A model generated the notes under the pieces. That model was not told the origin of the DNA. It searched no databases and worked only from the letters and a program-made list of their open reading frames with translations. Shown here one piece after another: positions 24,693-37,196 of a stretch of 64,000 nucleotides of DNA. How positions within the stretch are numbered: position 1 is the first letter of the stretch; each line of letters starts with the position of its first letter. This DNA comes from Hamiltosporidium tvaerminnensis FI-OER-3-3. Taxonomy: Eukaryota > Fungi > Microsporidia. A program made the translations under genes and the position numbers. The stretch spans positions 1,178,001-1,242,000 of the forward strand of contig JAKIMF020000004.1 of the NCBI GenBank assembly GCA_022605425.2, written 5' to 3'.

Positions 24693-25422
24693 GGTGGAGG
24701 GAGGATAACCACATAAAAAACTTTCTGCTTGGCAATGAGTGTGTGAAACTGGTGTGAGATCATTGTTTGGATTTTTGGTGGGAATAAAACCACACTACAT
24801 CTTCGGTTGTTCCATGGGAGTTGTTATGAGAAGGAGATGTCTGAGAAATGGAGAAACTTTTTGTACAAATTTATTTGTAGTTTTTTATGTAACCAGATTG
24901 CAGACCGCAGCTGAAGATGTAGGTAATTGCCATGTAAAATCATGGAAACCTAGCCTTGCTCACTCGGGTTAGAAGACTTAGCGCCTGGGAGATACAAAAC
25001 AAAAACCCATTAAAAGCCGGGAGAGCTAAGTAGCAGGCTATACCTGTTGGTATGACATTGCACTGTCTAGGTGGACCCCATGTAAATCTCTGAAATATAT
25101 CTTAGCTAGAAGTTTATTGGGTTCAGAAAGTGTGGAGTAAGTAGGAATGCTGCATAGTCTTGGGGGAGCCCGGGGGGGCTTCGGCCTTCGATCACACTCC
25201 ATGCAACGGACATTAACGAAGTCCGGGCAACTGACTCGCCTATTAATTAGGTTCTATACACCTGGTAGATGAAAGGCTTTGGGACGTAGGTATCGCAGGG
25301 GTTACCGATGGAGTGTTGGGGTAGCAGTTATTTATGTTAAACCTAGAACTGCGTTAATGTCATGAAAACAAATATAACACTTGCCACTATTGTAAAAAGA
25401 TGTAATATTTTTAAATAAAGTA
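24693..25422 (+). mobile_element. Family A long form: 730-nt non-coding, self-complementary retroposon
   Basis: Perfect 13-bp TSD TTTTAAAGTAAGA at 24680-24692 and 25423-25435. Full-length homologue at 62527-63257. Many potential helices. No ORF conserved between copies. Confidence 0.88.
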
Positions 25423-28400
25423 TTTTAAAGTAAGATTAAATTTTATATTTTATCTAGTTTGAAAACCTATAAAATATTCTAACATTTTGGTTTAATAGTT
25501 TATATTTTTTACACATTTTTCTTTAATTCTCTAAAGTATTATATCTGCTTAGATTTGTATTTTTTTTATTACAATTTGTTATGAATTCTATTTTGTATCA
25601 ATTTTAAAATGTGACGGAAAAAATGTAAGCTGATAAATTGAAAGATAGAAAAGTATGAAAAAACATGCATAGATCAAATAAATCTGCAATTTAATGAAAA
25701 ATTTGATTTATTTACTAACTTCAAGACACCAGTCGAGAGAAGATAGAACAAGCACAGGTAGAACCTTTTTACGAATAGAACAACACCTTGATGAATAAAT
25801 CATTTCTCGTATAACAGAGATTTTTTTCTTTCTACAAATTATATTAATGGACCGTAGTATCAAATACATTTAAAAGAGAAGCGAATCATAATTATAAGTC
25901 AATATCAATCACAGAAAAAGCCAAAAAGCAGAAATTACAGCGATAAATATTTTTATCAAACAAGAGATTAGGAGAAAGTTTTTATTAAAATGAGGATATT
26001 TTTTTTATTCATTTTGTGATTCGGTTGTTTTTTGCTATACAATTTGGCAAAAAAAATACGCTAATAAGTTAAATATTATATAAAAAAGATAATAAAACGA
26101 TGCATCAGATCGCATTCTATAAAAAAGTCGTATTTTTTGATTGATACAATGGGTGCATCGATTATAGAAATACTATTTAATTGAATCAAATAAATTTATA
26201 GGATAAAAAAGAAAACAGTGGGCATAGCTAGAAAGTTTCTAGGTGAATCGACTAAGTTAAATTCTCCATTTCATTATTTAAAATATGGCAAAACGTAAGC
26301 TACAGAACTCATAAATTTAACTTAAGTAAAATATTGCTAGCGAGGAAAAAATGCAAATAAAAACCTAGCTTTTTGAAAAAAAGTGTTACAATTAAATTTC
26401 AGGGTTTTATGATTATAGAAACCCTAGAAAAATACAAAAAAATATAAACTCTATCTTTTCTTCTTTGATATTTCTAAAAAAAGCCTAAATTATTTTTCTA
26501 AGTTAAATTAAGACTCACAATAGAATGATTAAATATTAAAATAAATGTTTTTGTTCGATTTCTACGCTTATAAACTTATCAGTTCTTAAATTTAGATAAA
26601 ATCTTAAAAATAAATATTCTTTCGACTTATCCAAGCTCACGTTTTTTAGCGAGATATCTGAAAAGCTATGATTAGACTATAAGATCAATTTTAATCAAAT
26701 TATAAGCAGTAGGCCCTAATATCAACGAAGAGACATTTTCATGATATCTTATCATACACACGATCTCTTCTATACTGACATTTCTAGCTATATTTTCCTT
26801 CCATAAATTGATTTTTAAACAATCTTACATTAACTTCATAAATTGAGGTATTATAATATTAAGACTTAAATTTCCCTAATCTAGAAACTTATAACTATTC
26901 GCGCATATCATTCGATATTGAGATGGCAATATATCAAAAAGAAAAACTTAAGCCGGATGATAACGCAGTATAATAAACTCATCAATTACACCATGGTATA
27001 ACTTTACAATTTCAAATGTATTTTTATTATAAATTTGTCAGGCATTCACAGTTTACTAGAAATTTGATACTTGGGTTGTTTAAATTTAAGTAGAAGGCCC
27101 GATGTTACTTTGATGAAATGTCTTAGAGTTATAAGAGCGTTCTGGCTGCAAAAAAGCAACACTTTTGAATGTTTTTTTTGTATAAATTATATAGAAAATT
27201 TAAAAGCTGTTTTAAATAATAATCATACAAGCCTATTATTATATTTATCATGCTCATTTGTAAGAATAGATAGAACTGCAATTTCACAAGTCTAGATCTT
27301 AAAATATATTAAAAAAATTGAAGTATTTATTTTCTAAAAAAAAATATAAATAAGAGTTTACAGGAATTTTTCATCGGTAAATATGTTTTACTTTCTTAAA
27401 TTTGATTATATGTTTATCGTTTGAAGCAAAAGCTCAATGAAAAATATGCAGAGGCATTAGGATATGATAAATTAATTTCCATATTACTGATAACTTTTTA
27501 ATTGGTATGTATGACCATATTTGTGGAAAGTTCGAAATACGATTGAAAACATTAAGAGAAAATTAATTTGATACAAAGGCGCTACATTCAAGCTAATATC
27601 GAAAGTACAGAGGCGTTAAGATAAAATGAAAAATACGAAAGGATTACATAAAATATTTTTATCTATACTTTCATTTGATTGAATACTTTTATTGGCTCTC
27701 ACTTTAAATCTACAGACATATCTGAGTAATATAATATTTATAAGCAGTGCAGTGAACCGAAAACGAAATAAATTTAAAACTAAGATGAAAATTTCGTGCG
27801 ATTATATAAAGCTAAGCAAATAATTCTTGTTTCAATACTAGCTGGCATATTGAACACGTGTTTGTGAGATTCCTCTTTTGCAAAAAAAGAGCAATAATAT
27901 ATCAACCTGGTGGACCTTAATACTGTAAATTAGTCAATAAATGTCCTCATAGTTCAGTTTTTAGACCTATACTCTGTATAAATATTGAATTGAAATAACT
28001 TTTTTGAAAATATTAGACAATGCTTTTGTCGGAAATTTATATGACGAGAAAATTAATTAATAACTACTTTAACTTTATGAAGCTATAAATAGTAAGCTAT
28101 TTATGATCTAAGATTTCTCAATAGCACAAGTAAAGAGCTATAATATCATATATTAAAACGGTGTTCTATTATATCAGAAATATAAACGATTTATAAAAAA
28201 GTCAAATGAAGCCGAAGTTACTATTAGTCTAATAAAAGTAAAGTATTCTTCTATAATTTCTATGAAAATACACCTCATTGAATATATTGGACTACATGAT
28301 ATAGTAGTTAAAATGAATTCAATTTTTAAATAATGAAAATAAAGTCTATAAAACAAATTAAGACATCCCGCTCGAGAGGTTTTTGGAAAGAGTATGAGAA

Positions 28401-29111
28401 AATGATGATTGTTGAACAAGAAGTTTTGTCAGATTTTAAATAAAAAACATGATGAAGTTTCATTGGACGAAATATAAAAATAGCACACGCATTGAAGTAG
28501 AACTCGGATACAAATATTTAATCCATATAGTGGCAAGCTAAAAAACTTCAGAAAATAAATTATTGGCCAATGGCTGAAGTTATTTTGATATGTATACCGT
28601 TAACATAAATTTTCACGGAAAAGCATAGGATTTTTTTCTAACAAAAACTTCAAAGTGTACCTTAATGATCTTTAAACGTCTATAATAAAAACGCACATAT
28701 ATTAGATACTACATAAAAGAGATTATATTAATTATTAATAGAAATGCAAACTATGTAATCGAGATTTAATAAAATGGCGACTAAAATTTTATTAATTGAT
28801 ATAATACAAGATACGGAAATATATGTAAGCTCAAAAATATATTACACATATATCATTTAGCAAAATTTATTTAAAAGAAAACTAAATTCTTTTTATCTTA
28901 ACTGTAGGAAGAAACGATTGAATTCAAAGTGTTAATTAAAATATCAAAAGAACCTCGATTTAAAATATCAGGTATATTATTCAGAGAATATAATAGAGTA
29001 AAGAATAATTTAACTAGAGAAAAATGAATTTTTATTATAAAATAACATTTAATAAAAGGAAAAAAAAATTTTTAAAATACATTTATTTACACAAATTCCT
29101 CCGGGAAAGCT

Positions 29112-30278
29112 TCACTCACATTTTTTAAAAAATAATCTTCTTTTACTGAAGTAAGAATTTTTTTCTTTTGACTTTTTATTTAAACTTTTTGGAGAAATCG
29201 CTATTTTAAAAGGTAAATTGTTCACTTTATCGGAAAATATATTATGAAAATGTTTCTTGTATATATTATGTACATTTTCAGTATAAAAACCAAACCTGTT
29301 AAGATAGTTAATACGTTTCTTTAGATAAAAATCTACATTAATCTTGAATAGAGAATAATATAATGTTTTCAAAGATATTGAAATTTCTTTCTTGTATAAA
29401 AATCTTCGCAGGTAATTATCAACGACAATATATAAATTATTAAAATCAAGATTTAAACATTTTTTTTCATAAACATAAATCAAAGAATACAATATGAAGT
29501 TATAGAAGCCATAATCTCTAAAGAAATGCAAAACTCTTTCTAATTCCCAAAAAATATGAAAGATGCTAAGGATATCTTGTTTTAAATTCCCTGGAATTTT
29601 AAGTTCTCTAAGTATTTCGTTGATCAAATTACTTATTTTAATTTTACAACTTTCTAAAAATTTTTGACTTTTAAATAATGAAATATCATTCCAAAAATTT
29701 AAACTTAAATAACTATTTTCATAGTAATTGATCATCGATTTTACAGAATTGTTGTTCTTGAAATACTTTTCACTAAGCATGCCATTATATTCAATAGAAT
29801 CGTAAGTATAATCATTTATTTCGGTCGAAATAAAAATATTTTTTATTAAATTTATAAAAACTTTTAAATTTTTCTCAGGTATCTCGGGGTCTTTTTCTTG
29901 TAAATATTCCAAAATAAATTCATCGAAAGGTTTTTTAAGAATATAAGCTTTATAAAAAAATAAAAATATTTCTCGGTCGTCTGATGAGGTTGGATTAAAA
30001 AAATCGTATTCTTTCATATGATATCGAAAACAATCATAGAAATCAAAAATCTTTTCCTGTATTGAATTTAAACTTTCTGGTGAGATTCTAACAGGTGATT
30101 TCATATGTCTTAATAAAATTCTAAGTTTTAAATTTTCAGGATTTTTATGATATTTTTTTCCATAGTGTGATGTCATTCCACCCTTACCTATCTTCGATAT
30201 TTCAAAATGAAGTAAATCCGAGTAAATGGATTCTCTTTTTATAAATATATTGCAAGTCTTAATTCGCTTCTTATTCAT
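29112..30278 (-). CDS. Hypothetical protein (388 aa)
   Basis: Long uninterrupted ORF with ATG in AT-rich DNA. No recognisable domain. Confidence 0.75.
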   Translation of the reverse strand: MNKKRIKTCNIFIKRESIYSDLLHFEISKIGKGGMTSHYGKKYHKNPENLKLRILLRHMKSPVRISPESLNSIQEKIFDFYDCFRYHMKEYDFFNPTSSDDREIFLFFYKAYILKKPFDEFILEYLQEKDPEIPEKNLKVFINLIKNIFISTEINDYTYDSIEYNGMLSEKYFKNNNSVKSMINYYENSYLSLNFWNDISLFKSQKFLESCKIKISNLINEILRELKIPGNLKQDILSIFHIFWELERVLHFFRDYGFYNFILYSLIYVYEKKCLNLDFNNLYIVVDNYLRRFLYKKEISISLKTLYYSLFKINVDFYLKKRINYLNRFGFYTENVHNIYKKHFHNIFSDKVNNLPFKIAISPKSLNKKSKEKNSYFSKRRLFFKKCE

Positions 30279-31299
30279 TTTAAAAGTACCGCTTTTTTTG
30301 TTTATTTTATTTATTTACATTTTTTTATTAATTAAATTAAACGGGAAATAAACAAATTAATTAATATTTCGGCGGCCATCAAAGGTTTCATAAAAGCAAA
30401 TAAATTTATAAATAATTAATTTTTGTAATTTTAAAAATCTTTAAATAAAAAAGTCAAATTCTAGATTTTGTATTTGTATATAATTTTGATGGAAGTAATG
30501 AACAAACATATATAACTTAGTCATAATCAATAGTACAATGAAATATGAAAATATTTGAGCATAAATATTATTTTAAATCAATTTAAAGAAAATTTCTAGT
30601 AAAAACTGTTGATATAATTAGGCAAAAATCGGAAAATAAATATTAAATATTTTATGATTTAAAATTTTTTACTTTAAGTTAAAAAATGGGTTTAGCTGTC
30701 TCTTACAAATAATCTATTAATGTGTTTTAAGATACAAATATAGTATTTTTTTCTTAGTTGACTTTCTAAAGTTCAATGTTACCAAGTTTAAATTAATTAG
30801 TCTATAAAAGTATTTTTTTTGAAATTTTAATTAATTTTTTACAAAGAGAAAATAAATATTTTTGCCTTTTTAGTTGAATTCTTTTCAAAACAATAATTGA
30901 ATATAAATAATGCAAGCGAAAAATTTCTATCTTTATATTCAAAAACAAAACAACTTAAAAAATCCATTTAGAGAAGATTTATTCATAAAAATTTAACTTT
31001 TCAATTTATTTTAAGATTGAAACGGAAAAAATTTAATCTATTTATGACTCCCAGTTTTTTTAAGCGAATTATTGTACTATTATTTGAATATCGATAAAGG
31101 ATCAAGCTTTCGAAGCGAAAGAGAAAGAGTGGTTCAGCAGCGTTTTTTTAAAATAACTCGAAAATACAACAAATTAAATTTATAAAAGAAATATGGCTTA
31201 ATTCTAATTAGATTCCCAAAATCTCTCAAATCATCATAAATAATATTAATATAATCATTATTAAGATATTTTTGTCGTTAATATTTGTCGGCTTATTAT

Positions 31300-33790
31300 T
31301 ATGAACAATGTATATTTCTTAAAATGATGAAGAACGTTTTCTATAATGTAAAAAAATGATTTATCTAAAAAAAAACAAGTGTTTTTTTAGCAGGAAATTT
31401 ATTCAAGAATAAATTTAAATGACTATTTCTGGCTTAAAGCTAATTAGGAATGGTAAGAAAGATTAAAGAAGTTGAAACATAGGCTTTACTATAAGCTGAT
31501 TAAACCGAAACATGGGGGAAATATCTTAAAGCAATATTTATGTCAAAGAGGCTTATGATACAATAAAACCACCTTTTTTGACACTATGCATCGAAGCCTT
31601 AATTTATCGGCTTGATTTCTGAAATTAATTAAGTTCAAAATCTCGCAAAAGGAAGTTGATACTTCAGTAGGCTCCAAAAAAATCATGACTAAAAGATTGA
31701 GAGAGGAATTCTCCAGGATTTAGTTCGTAACCTTGTTATTTGTGTTGTGTATAGATCTGCTGAGCCACGAAGGCAATGTGAAACCTAAAAAAGTACTGAT
31801 ATAATGAAGGGGGTACCTCTCCCAGCCAAAAGTCTTTTGCTTTTTGTGATTAGAAACTCTTTGTAGACATTTTAAATTGGGAGCTATTAAAGGGAAACTA
31901 AAAACCCTTTAAGAGCTATTAAATTAGAAACAAAAACGAAAACAAATTTCAAACGATACTTTTTGCTGATATACTTGTACTTCTCTGGAAAATGTTAGTT
32001 TTTATAAATATTTAGGAAGAATGAAGATAGGAGGGAAAATCCATCACATAGAATATTTGAAGATGTACAAAGCATACTAATATCAATAGTTGAAAGAATT
32101 TATCGTATTAGATTAAAAATTAAAACTATATTTTTTGCAATTAATCAACAGGCGATATCGTTGATTTAATATCACATTAATGTACTTTGGTTTAAATCGA
32201 TTTCTTACCTAAGTTAGATCATGAAATGCGTTTTATATTTGTAAATAATAAGTCACCTCTTCACCTAAATGTAAAGAGCGTTTGTTTTTCTTCTTAGAAC
32301 AGAACATGGAAGAGGTTTACATGATGATAAGTCCCGAAGATAACAAACGCTTCTACAACTCTCGAATTGTTTAAGAAGAGCCTTGTAAATATTAACTCAA
32401 GGGGTAGAAATTCTAAAAGCGAAGAACACTAATAAAAGGCTTTTTTATAATATAAATGTTTGTTGGAAGAAGCAGTCACTACGATGAATTTAGAGGAAGC
32501 TAAAATGGCAAAATTATATAACAGAATTAAAAAACAAAAACTTCATTCCAAGTTATACAATGAAAAGATAAAATGAGCCTCTAGGTGCCAGTGAATCTTT
32601 AAGACGGCTGAAGAAAATAAATATGAGGCCAAGTGAGAAAGTAGTGTTCTGCTATCTTATGCTTGCTCATTTCATTCTCTTTTTACTTCTCGATGTCGAG
32701 ATAAACAGATGGAAGTGTTTTGTTTTTTTCTTTTAATCTATTAGAACCCGGGATTATATGATGTTATCCTATAAATCTAGTGTGGTTTCTATCTCACTAA
32801 AATGTAAACAATGATTTTCACATCGATTCTACACAATCATAGCACATCAGATGGTTTTTAACGTGGTTATAATCTCACCCACCTTGTTTTGCTATCTCAA
32901 AAATAGACATTATTTTTTTAGAGCCGATGTTATGTACCAAACCTTTTAAAGGCATGTAAAACAATAAATATTTTAGCAAATCGATGTTAGAAAATGTTCG
33001 AAAGGACTATCCAGACGCTTTCGGTATCATTTTTACACCTAAACCTACTCTAATTGAATCGATATCAATTTAAACATATAAACGGATTAAGATAACTTGA
33101 TTAAACAAATTCTGAAAACTAATATGCGGGGATTAGAGTGGAAACCAGATCAAAAACTGATTCCAAGGCTTGGAACAATAGAAATATATTTGTTTTGGAT
33201 TAGAATAAAAAGAAGATAATACATATTGGTTATAAATTACTTTTTAAGATTCAGTTTAGATGGTGGAAACTATAAAACTAAGAAATATTAGCATTATAGA
33301 TAAAGAGTTGGTTCTTATTCGTAAGTTTAATAATAGGATTGATTCTTGAGTAATATTTAAGGGTATTTTAGGAAAAATACATGGATGTATACCTCAAAAA
33401 ACTACAAATTCCTATGAATGTAAAAGGATATATTCCTTCGATAGTATCTTGGAAGATGTTTAAACAATTTACTTTGATCGACTAAGACGACTCTAGTAAG
33501 AATCAAATACCGAAGAGAGCTGGGAAAGAGTGTAAATAAGTTTTTATATAGATTCGCAATGTAAAAACAATTCCTTATTAAAACAAGTGGGTAACGAAAC
33601 GAATAGTGTGAAAATCCAGATCAAAAAATAGTACTCATTTTATTTCAGATGGAGAAACCAATCTAGCGGAAACACCAATAAATATAAACAAAGGGTCGTA
33701 TTTAGAAGAGGAAAGCAAGGTAGTAAAAGAAGCCATAGAAACATATAAATAATGGAAAAACATTTAAAACAAATCGTATTTAATAAAGAT
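31300..33790 (+). mobile_element. Highly decayed R4/Dong-like LINE copy
   Basis: Remnants collinear with the 44.5-48 kb element: AINQQAISLI*YHI (~32137), LRTEHGRGLH (~32293), KLHSKLYN (~32538), EESWERV (~33511), and a similar 3' end ...GAAACATATAAA...TTTAATAAAG. The 5' limit is approximate. Confidence 0.8.
32658..32884 (-). mobile_element. Family A short form nested in the decayed LINE
   Basis: 13-bp TSD TGTT(C/T)TGCTATCT (32645-32657 / 32885-32897) interrupting the LINE codons V-F-C-Y. Head and body match 43354-43583. Confidence 0.82.
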
Positions 33791-35264
33791 ACTAAAAAAC
33801 AATGAGAGTATTATCGGTTTTAAATATACGTATTATGAATGAAATTAAGTAATTAATCAAAACACATCAACAGTCCTCTATTATATAAATCATTCACAAC
33901 GAATTTGTTTGGATATTCCAAAAAAAATAAGTATTAAACCGAAAACCGATTTTCGCTTCAATATCCAAATATATTCGTTTTAAATAATAAATGAAATAAT
34001 AATAAATTCAATCGGTAAATAAATTCATAAAATCCGTTTAGAATCGCGGAAACAGAAAAATATGAAGATATATAGTTTATAAGGTAATTAAATGGCTTTA
34101 ATTTAAAGGTTAATATAGAGATGATTTTATATGTGAAATCGGAAATGATACAAAATAAATAACTTAAATATATTAATAATCTTCGATTACATTAATAGCG
34201 GCATATAGCGAGTCGAAATACTCAAAAAAAGTCGTAACTGTGTTCGGGAATTGACAGAGAGATTTTAGTCGAGACTAAGAGCCGAAACAGATATGTAAAG
34301 GTGTGATTATGATAATGATTTAATGGTTAAGATATCTTTTGTTACTTCCGAATGTCAGAATTTGATAACTGGTTGGTAAACTCTTTATCCTTCGACTAAG
34401 GCAAGTTTGCTTTTTGCTGAAATCTAACTAAACGTAAAGAAAAATGTCTATGGATTGCATTAAAGCTACTGAGGCTCTGATTCTCGTTGCTATTTTTCCG
34501 TTACAGTGAATGAACAAGCTAAAAAGATGTAAAAAATATTTGTAACAATGTGCCTTTTACATAATTACACAGCTCACACTATACCTCTCTCCACGATAAA
34601 ACTTGCTAAGAAAATAAACATCAGGATCATTGAATCTTTAAGTGTTCTTCAAAAAACCTAAATTAAAGAATTGACTAATATAGAAAGAAAGGAAAATATG
34701 GAACAGAGATGAATAAAACTAGAAATAAGACAGAAATATGTTAACAGAATCACAAGAAAATATAATCCCGAGTAAAAAATTCAATTCTCATAAAAAATAC
34801 TTATAAATTATACATTCTATATTTAAAAATATAAATTTTCGGTATTACATACTATTTATTTTAAATTAATTAAGAATTTTTTTAGCGACTCAAATATCAT
34901 AAAATGGCTAAAATACAATTAATCATAGCAAATAGAATCCAAAATAAGTAAGTGTCTTTTTATTAACCTATTTAGATATGAACTAAAACAACTCAAAATT
35001 TAAAGACAAATTTGTAACTACCATAAATAATTATTTGAGTTTTCGTCCTAAAAAAACGAAGTCGATTACAATACTGCTACTTTCAATTACCATGTGTTTT
35101 CTAGCAGTAAAATATATATAAGAAACCTAATTCTAGCAAAGAACCTTGGAATAAGAAATAAATGAAACTGTTTGTATACATAAAATCCCGGCAATTACTT
35201 ACTTAAATAACTAAAAACAGATTTAATTTAAGATTCAAAAAGGCTTGGTTTCTTTATTGATTAT

Positions 35265-37196
35265 TTACAAATTAAAACGAAATGTTTTTTTGAACGAGAC
35301 AAATATTAAAGATATCAGAACAGTTATGAAAAGAAAGGATAATAAAAATATAACAACAGGCATATCATTCTCAGAATCGATTTTTTGACTAATATTATTA
35401 TCATTTTTTTCAAGATGAGTTTGTTTAGAGCTTTCCAGTTCTGTCAAAGCTTGTTTTTCTTTTCGTATATAAAGAGCATCGTTAACAAATGTTAATTTCA
35501 ATAAACTGTTATTATCCGTGTTTTCGTTTAGATCCTCCAGAAGAAAACTGTCGTTAGTTCTGCTAATATTAAAATTTGTTAATACATTTTCATTTCCGTC
35601 TAAAACTTCTTTACTAATATTAATATCTTGATCAGGACTAGAAGATTTGTTTATCAATTCTATTTTTTCATTTTGGTCAGATTCATTCGAATGATTAGTA
35701 AAAACTAAATCAGAAAAATTAGCTGTAATAAATATATCCAATGTTGTATCCTTATTGTTTAGTCTTTCGATAAAACTAGACATAGAAATTTTATTCTTAT
35801 TTTTTATTTCATTTTTAAATTCATTCAATATTATTTCTTTAAATTGAGATTTCATCTGTTTCAACGCCTTCTTTTTACTTATAAAGCCTTTAAAAATATT
35901 TTTTAAAAATATATCAAAATCTTCATCTATTGTGAATAAACCTATCGAATCATCTAATCCGACAGATTCTTCTATAAGGAAACTAGGTGTATTGTCATAA
36001 GATTTTTGAGAACCTTCTGATTTATTTAAACTTATACATATAATATACTTCAATATATAAAGTATATCCTTTATCTTGAGAAATTTTTTCACAGCAGAAC
36101 TTACAATATTTATTTTGTGAAAAAATTCTATTGTATATGTTTGCGTGGATTGATATACCTTAGAAATTCTTTCAAATGATCTGTTGAAGAAAATAGCTCC
36201 TTTTGTCCTCGTAAATGAAATTTTTATTTTAATTGTTGTTAGCAAATTATTTAGTGAAGTTTTTACAGAAGATGAATTATTTATCATTCTGTTAGAGGAA
36301 GTCACAGATTCTGTAGTTACTTCTTCACATTTTTGTTTAGAAGAAGGTAATTTTCTACATTTTAGGAACTCATTTACATAAATATAAGTTGATGATAGTA
36401 TGTATTTAAAATAACCCAAACGACTTCTTTTATTCGTAGACAAACAATTTTGCTTTGAATTTTTACTATCGTGTATTGGAGAAATTTCTTTGATTAACTG
36501 TAAATCACTGTTTTCTGCTTCTATAAGGTTAGATTTTACACCCGCTTCTGTTTCAGAGACAATATCCACTGAAATATTTTCTTTTTTCAAAGCAGAATTC
36601 ATATTTTCAGTGGCACAGTTTATAGAATTATTAGCAGAATTGTTATCATCATGTCGTTCTTTGAATAAAGAGGGATAAAAATCATCAGAACTTGTTTCTA
36701 TATCTGCGTCATAACTTAAATCAGAAGAACTATAAATACTTGATATATTAGATGTTTCAGTATCTGATTCATCTATTGAGGTACTGCAAAGATTTGAATT
36801 ATTACTTTTTAGAGATACATCAGATCGGGTTTTTGGATTTAAAATCCTAGAATCTGTGCGCTCAAAATAAGAGTAATGATTATTTATTCCTTTCTTATTT
36901 GATAAGGGATTTTGTGAAAAATTCTTATTGCTTTTATTAAGCGATGTATGTAAAATTTTTGATACCGAAGTCGTATCTTTTTTCAATAACTCCGACTTAA
37001 ATTTCAAATATATTTTTTCATTTTTTATTTTTATGCTTTTACGATTTTCTTCTAAATCGACCTCATCATTCCTCTCGGGATTTGCTACAAAATCATTAGA
37101 CAGTATTAAGTTGTTACTTTCAGCAATATTACTGCACCACATTGTCTGTAGTATTACCAAAAATTTTGATTTCATTACAATATTTCTAATTTCCAT
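35265..37196 (-). CDS. Hypothetical type I membrane / surface protein (643 aa)
   Basis: Long ORF with signal-peptide-like MKSKFLVILQTMWCS, an S/N/D-rich low-complexity ectodomain, and a C-terminal TM (PVVIFLLSFLFITVLISLIFV) followed by a short basic tail. Confidence 0.85.
   Translation of the reverse strand: MEIRNIVMKSKFLVILQTMWCSNIAESNNLILSNDFVANPERNDEVDLEENRKSIKIKNEKIYLKFKSELLKKDTTSVSKILHTSLNKSNKNFSQNPLSNKKGINNHYSYFERTDSRILNPKTRSDVSLKSNNSNLCSTSIDESDTETSNISSIYSSSDLSYDADIETSSDDFYPSLFKERHDDNNSANNSINCATENMNSALKKENISVDIVSETEAGVKSNLIEAENSDLQLIKEISPIHDSKNSKQNCLSTNKRSRLGYFKYILSSTYIYVNEFLKCRKLPSSKQKCEEVTTESVTSSNRMINNSSSVKTSLNNLLTTIKIKISFTRTKGAIFFNRSFERISKVYQSTQTYTIEFFHKINIVSSAVKKFLKIKDILYILKYIICISLNKSEGSQKSYDNTPSFLIEESVGLDDSIGLFTIDEDFDIFLKNIFKGFISKKKALKQMKSQFKEIILNEFKNEIKNKNKISMSSFIERLNNKDTTLDIFITANFSDLVFTNHSNESDQNEKIELINKSSSPDQDINISKEVLDGNENVLTNFNISRTNDSFLLEDLNENTDNNSLLKLTFVNDALYIRKEKQALTELESSKQTHLEKNDNNISQKIDSENDMPVVIFLLSFLFITVLISLIFVSFKKTFRFNL

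Noticed and set aside
24905-24960. CTGAAGA...GAAAC as a hammerhead ribozyme (Penelope/retrozyme type)
   Set aside because: Stem II does not close between the motifs, and copy 2 reads CTGAAATT.
24970-25165. AGACTT / CATAGTC as group I intron P7 (R and S elements)
   Set aside because: Pairing is imperfect, the R-like motif is not kept in copy 2 (AGAATA), and no P3/P4/P6 core was found.
25215-25232. GAAGTCCGGGC resembling RNase P CR-I
   Set aside because: No complementary CR-V/P4 partner, and the motif is altered in copy 2.
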